Source: Raillietiella orientalis (lineage: Eukaryota). From it: a stretch of DNA of 64,000 nucleotides. The stretch covers positions 1,984,001-2,048,000 of the forward strand of contig JAYWIR010000007.1 of assembly GCA_036172245.1 (NCBI GenBank). The letters are read 5' to 3'. Within the stretch, counting starts at the first letter, position 1. The number at the start of each line of letters is the position of its first letter. The translations under genes were made by a program, and so were the position numbers. Positions 59,095-64,000 of this stretch are shown here, one piece after another. The notes below the pieces were generated by a model. It worked only from the letters and a program-made list of their open reading frames with translations, ran no database searches and was not told the DNA's origin.

Positions 59095-60851
59095 CTAGAA
59101 GAAAATGCATCAACCAAGAGATGCAACAAAGTGACAATGATTTACTTTTGACGCTCGGCTTTGTAAGAGGCAGTCAATTCATCAAACAATTTGCTATTCA
59201 TTTCCATGAATGATTTGAGCACGTTATATACCAGGGAAATAATAGTTTGATTCCAGTGCTCTTTGGAGATGCGATACAGTGCTGGGAACATAATGGGCAT
59301 GATTACAGTATGATTTTCTTCAATCAGTGACATGATGTATTCATTATTCCAGAAATAGAGGGCTCGTTCTGCAACTTGGAAATGGGAACTGGACACTGAT
59401 CGGGAGAGCTGCTTAAAGATAGGCTCCTGAATCTTGACAAACTGTGCAGGCTCTACAACATCTAAAATCTCTTCCAACTCTCCCAGAAACATGACCTATC
59501 CATTGCACCCATGAACCTTATTAATTTGGGCCCCAACATCACTTACTTCCTTATGACTGCAAACTTTTGGCCAAAATTTGAGCAAACTCTGCACCACTAA
59601 TTCTGTGAGACTGGGATCCTTTTCAAGAAACTGTACCACACAGTATGCAAGCTGAGGATGATAGAGTCCTAAGATGCGGACTTTATGCAAAGGCAGCAGA
59701 ACTTTTAGCAGAAATTGTTTGTGCTCAGCTTTTAATGGCAAAGCAAATCCATTGATGATGCTAAGCCAGAGATAACAAGAGAAATGAATCTAAAAGCTCA
59801 CCTGCCAAGGATCTCCAGCAATTCCCCAATGCCATTAAAATGTTCTGTTTCATAGATAAACCTTAAAGAATGCATAAAAAAATACAAACGCACGAAAAAC
59901 GGCTCACTTTAAAAAGATATTGTTGATCTGCTTGCGAATGAAGGCACGCAACCCAAGGAATTTACCATAAATACGATGCAATACAGTCTTGAGACAGTCA
60001 CGCTCCCTAGGATCTTCACTATCAAATAGTTCTAAAAGCTAAACCCGAAAATTGGTTTCATTAAACCCAAATCACCACCTTCAGCCCTTACTTGCAATAC
60101 AATTTTCTGATCAATTACTTTTTTACCCAGACTAGGCTGGAAATCAGGGGATTCCAGGAAACGAAGGAACAATTCATATACTAACTGAAACACAGAAGAA
60201 TAAACACATTGCAGAGGAATACCTCACCTGCAAGTGGGGCCAGGATGCCTCTAAGGTTGGATCATCTTCTTCTGGATCGAAATCAGGATTATCACTGGGA
60301 GGAAGAGTTCGCAGTAGATTGCAAGAAATCTATGCAAGGACAGCATTTCATGGTAATGAATAAAGCCATGATCTACCATGCGAATTATCTCAGGATAGAT
60401 GGTTTCAGTCAGTACACCTCTCTCTGTAGTAGTGTAGTCCACCAACTCATTAAGCGTTGCACGTTTTATTTCTTTGCCTTTGAGGTCAACCACTGGATCA
60501 ATAAAATCAAAAGAAACACAGCACTGTCTTAATTTCCTTACAAATAATTCTTCTCGTTCAGCTGGTGGCACCTCTGCAACAATGTTATGAAACCAAACAT
60601 TAGAATGATGCAGTGAGATTTCTACCTTTTAGTAATGGCAATGGCTGTAACTCAACATCAGTGGAAATCCGGTAACGAGATGAACCTTGCAATTTGCGTT
60701 GTTTCTTCTTCAGTTTCTTAGAATATGGATCAATTTTATCGATGAAAATAGGTGATGGTGGAACTAGATAACTGGATGTATCAGGTGGATCTCTTTCTCT
60801 TGGCATTATTGTTGGGGATGGGAATGCAGAGTTTGATGATAAAGAGGCCAT
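58974..60851 (-). CDS. wdb: Serine/threonine-protein phosphatase 2A 56 kDa regulatory subunit (B56; widerborst / PPP2R5A-E clade), 497 aa, spliced
   Basis: Exons 60851-60626, 60573-60377, 60329-60228, 60184-60092, 60038-59908, 59861-59802, 59760-59547, 59495-59146 and 59094-58974 total 1494 nt, all GT-AG. B56 motifs: [66 protein letters not shown] and QGSSRYR fit the alpha/epsilon (wdb) clade better than gamma/delta. Confidence 0.96.
59146..59495 (-). CDS. wdb: B56 exon 8
   Basis: [12 protein letters not shown]...ASYKAERQ; donor GTAAAT, phase 2. Confidence 0.95.
59547..59760 (-). CDS. wdb: B56 exon 7
   Basis: [27 protein letters not shown]...[11 protein letters not shown]. Confidence 0.95.
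59802..59861 (-). CDS. wdb: B56 exon 6
   Basis: [23 protein letters not shown] acceptor. Confidence 0.93.
59908..60038 (-). CDS. wdb: B56 exon 5
   Basis: [43 protein letters not shown]. Confidence 0.95.
60092..60184 (-). CDS. wdb: B56 exon 4
   Basis: [31 protein letters not shown]. Confidence 0.95.
60228..60329 (-). CDS. wdb: B56 exon 3
   Basis: [34 protein letters not shown]. Confidence 0.95.
60377..60573 (-). CDS. wdb: B56 exon 2
   Basis: [19 protein letters not shown]...IYPEIIRM. Confidence 0.95.
60626..60851 (-). CDS. wdb: B56 exon 1
   Basis: MASLSS...[21 protein letters not shown]; donor GTAGAA. Confidence 0.88.
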
Positions 60852-63800
60852 TCCAAAGCAACTCTTCAGTGATATATTGACAAAAGAGAACTAAACCATT
60901 TTGAAGGATCTGATTCTGTTCCGAAAGTCCCAAAATTCAAACATTTTGGTTCTACCACTATTTTTAAAACTCTGAACATTGTTATGTCATTGTAGTTATT
61001 TCATCCAAGGGGGCTTGCTATTCTTTTCTTTTTTAAAGTCATTCACAGAATATCCTAGATTCATGCACTATGTGATCCAAAACATAACATGGGTTTCCGA
61101 GGTTTTTGTAACTTTTCAACAATAATCTATCCTATTCATTAATTAAACTCTAAAATACATACAGGAAAACAGTGACTTTAATGGAGTGATCAATTGCTCC
61201 TCGGCAGAGTACAAATAAATTACATTCTTTACCACTTTCCATCAACTCTTACTGATGAAGCAACTTATCACAAAGGAAGGAATACTCCTTGCCCTACTGA
61301 CAAACAAACATTTTGAATACATGTTTCAAAATACTGCATACACATATATATTAACACTTCGTCGTTACAGCTGTAAGATTAATATTTATTTCAACAGAGA
61401 AAATTTGCACAAGGTGATACTTACACATTAGGTCTACTCAATCCACTCAGTTAATATCTAATACATATCATAAATGTACAATACTAAACAAAGTAAAAAT
61501 TGAAATGTCATATTATCCTGATTCTTCTCTTAAAAAAATGCAAGCACAACCAACATTGACACGAAATATCGGTAACACAAGCAACTGAAATATAAACGAA
61601 TATATATAATGCACAAAAAGCCACACTTGGAGTGTAATCATTATTCACTGCTACAAAAACATAATTTTAAAGTTTCACGGCTGCATTTCGCTATTCCAAT
61701 TAGGTCAGTAATGTGGACGATGAACTCCCAATACATCTGATGTTATTTCACTTTTTATGGTACATTACACACTTACGGCTTAAAGGCGTTCCCCACTGCA
61801 GTCAGAAAACTTACAAGAAAGAAAGAATGCCTGTAAACTACACATACAAACACTCTACAAGATATCTTTTGGCATAAACCACTACGCATTTTCACGAATA
61901 ATAGTTCCATTCCTTGATTTAATTACCGATTTCTGAAAAACGTGAGTCGAAAACTTGAAACTAACCGTACTTGTTTTGTACAACATCGGATGTCTGGAAT
62001 TCAGTGATATGCTTCCGATGCAAATGCCCATTTAAATTGAGGATAGCCAAAAATTAAAACGTGTTATATACAAAATACACGATCATTACGGTTTTTGTAA
62101 TCTACTACGCCAGGCGCATTACTTCACCATAATTTTACTTCACAGGGCAAACAGAAATTTATTTGTTTTTCAAGGGGGGTTCGTGTGACTTAATTTCAAA
62201 AATGCTAATCTTGAGTGCTGCTAAAATAAAGAGGCAGGCGGTACTTCTATAAAGTTGCATCGGAAATTTCTGCAAGATCAAATACACAAAGAAAAAAAAA
62301 AAATAAGTAAAAAATACCAACTTATTCGAACTCTTCAGCCAATTTTCGCTAATTTCTACGACAAGGCAAGGAGCTCGGAACTTCATTAATAGAAGCATCA
62401 CATCTGGGTCTGAATGTGGTTCTTTCGAATCACGTCCCTTCCGAATACATTAGAAAATTGGAAAAATTCAGTCCAATGCCGCCCCATGAATAGGAAATTC
62501 CCAATATGTTAATCTGACAGTGTGGTAGGTAGAGGTTTGTCGGAGATAAAAGAAAAGAATCATGGCAGATTGTGGCAGACAGCTTCAGAGCGGCCTGAAA
62601 AGCAATTTGATTCACAGCAGCAGCACAAACGAACGCGTCTGCCAGTTTTATTACCAATGTTTTTTTGTTTTTTTTTTTGTCTCTGTGTGTGTGTGTGATA
62701 GCACTTAATAAAGCAGTTAATGCTAACTTGGATCTGAGACAGGAAGCAACACTTTTTTTTTTTTGTTATGTTGAACTGAACCTTATCGACATTCATCAAC
62801 TCTAGAAGCAAACAGAATGTTGTTCATTTCGAGACCGGCTTTCTGGACCTCCATATGATATGAAGAGCACGTTAAATAAGCTTCCTGCTTGTTTCGAATG
62901 GCAGCATTACGACATGCCATTTCTCACTGACCAATCGGTTTTAATTAAAAAGCGTCTTCGAACTCTTTCAAGAATCCATCCAGATTTCCGCTTCATTTGG
63001 AGCACCCTCTGAAGAACTCTCGCCTCTTCTTCTCGTTGGAGCACGCCTTCCCCATATTAATTCCTATTTATTGTGAACTGAGTTTGCCTGGAACAAACGA
63101 TGTTTGTTTGCTGTACGATGCTTGTTTGTTGGATGGTCGAAGCATTTTTCTTTTGCTGACTGGTGAATAGGACGGTTATGTTATGTGGAGCTTTTACGAC
63201 GGTTTCCATTTTCGACAGTCAGCTAAACCGATTAGTTCGTTTACTAAAATGACAGCAAATACCAAGTGAACATTTATCTTTTGAATGATTGCAGCTATTT
63301 TTACATCTTCGTTGTTTTTCGCATTTCCATCATTTTTTCTCCCATTAAGAACCCATGATTATTTGTTGATCCTTGCACTTGCTAATCTGGAAACATTCTC
63401 CTCGTGCTGTTCATCTAAACTAAACCGACAATTACGAATCGAAACACCGTGCATTCAACACCCTATGTCCTTCGGAGTCGCAGATAACTCTTATGAGTAG
63501 TCCAGCCACCAAAGAACCTTTATAGCCGCAGAGAACAGATGGAACGTTAAAAAAGTCCAAAGGTTTGTCTTCGAAAGATACAGAGTTCCATGCTGCAGCG
63601 TGATGAGGATAGTGAACCCAAATCCAGTGATGATTAGACAAGGGTCACTTGTGATTCACACATCCCTCGCAACTAAAGTCCTTGAATTCAGGAATGATAG
63701 TATAATCCTGTCCAGTAATGTTCAGGCGTCCTCGTGAAAGAGTAGTGGAATTTTCCCAGAATCCGAAGCACTCGAGAAGTGGCTCGTGACTTCAGTGATC

Positions 63801-64000
63801 CAAACTCCTGTTGCACCGTTTGACGGATCAGCATCAAATTTCTGCTTGCATAAACCAAATTTGCAATATATGCTTATATGCGGATATAGATTTCAAGACG
63901 ACACATATATAAAACAGGAAATGAAAAGGGATGGTGCAGTGTGATTTCCTTTTTTCTCTCCTTCTTCTGGGTACGGATACGAAGAATACCGAGACGCGAG

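Noticed and set aside
61252..61300. CTGATGA, a hammerhead or C-box-like core
   Set aside because: No stem II followed by GAAA, and no terminal stem for a C/D snoRNA.
61000..64000. Short ORFs upstream of B56
   Set aside because: No recognisable domains or consistent exon chain; probably B56 5' UTR, intron or promoter sequence.

Overview
Eukaryotic genomic DNA, probably arthropod (inferred from protein similarity I recall, not from a search), with spliceosomal introns. Three protein-coding genes can be assembled by hand into unbroken frames. Two are tandem + strand SLC16/monocarboxylate-transporter paralogues: MCT-A (34144-41623, 8 coding exons, 841 aa) and MCT-B (47935-54783, 8 coding exons, 698 aa, needing one GC-AG intron). 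The third is a convergent - strand PP2A B56 regulatory subunit of the widerborst/PPP2R5A-E type (58974-60851, 9 coding exons, 497 aa, all introns 41-53 nt). Most of the GC-rich non-coding DNA in 1-57 kb looks like heavily decayed L1/Tx1-type non-LTR retrotransposons, recognisable only from colinear remnants of endonuclease, RT and zf-RVT motifs. One of them is interrupted by a MULE-like DNA transposon remnant with terminal inverted repeats (about 20783-21881). Composition switches abruptly to AT-rich, CpG-poor DNA near 58 kb. Most ORFs in the supplied track are GC-content artefacts. I found no intact tRNA, rRNA or CRISPR array and no clearly novel system; the findings are hypotheses to test.
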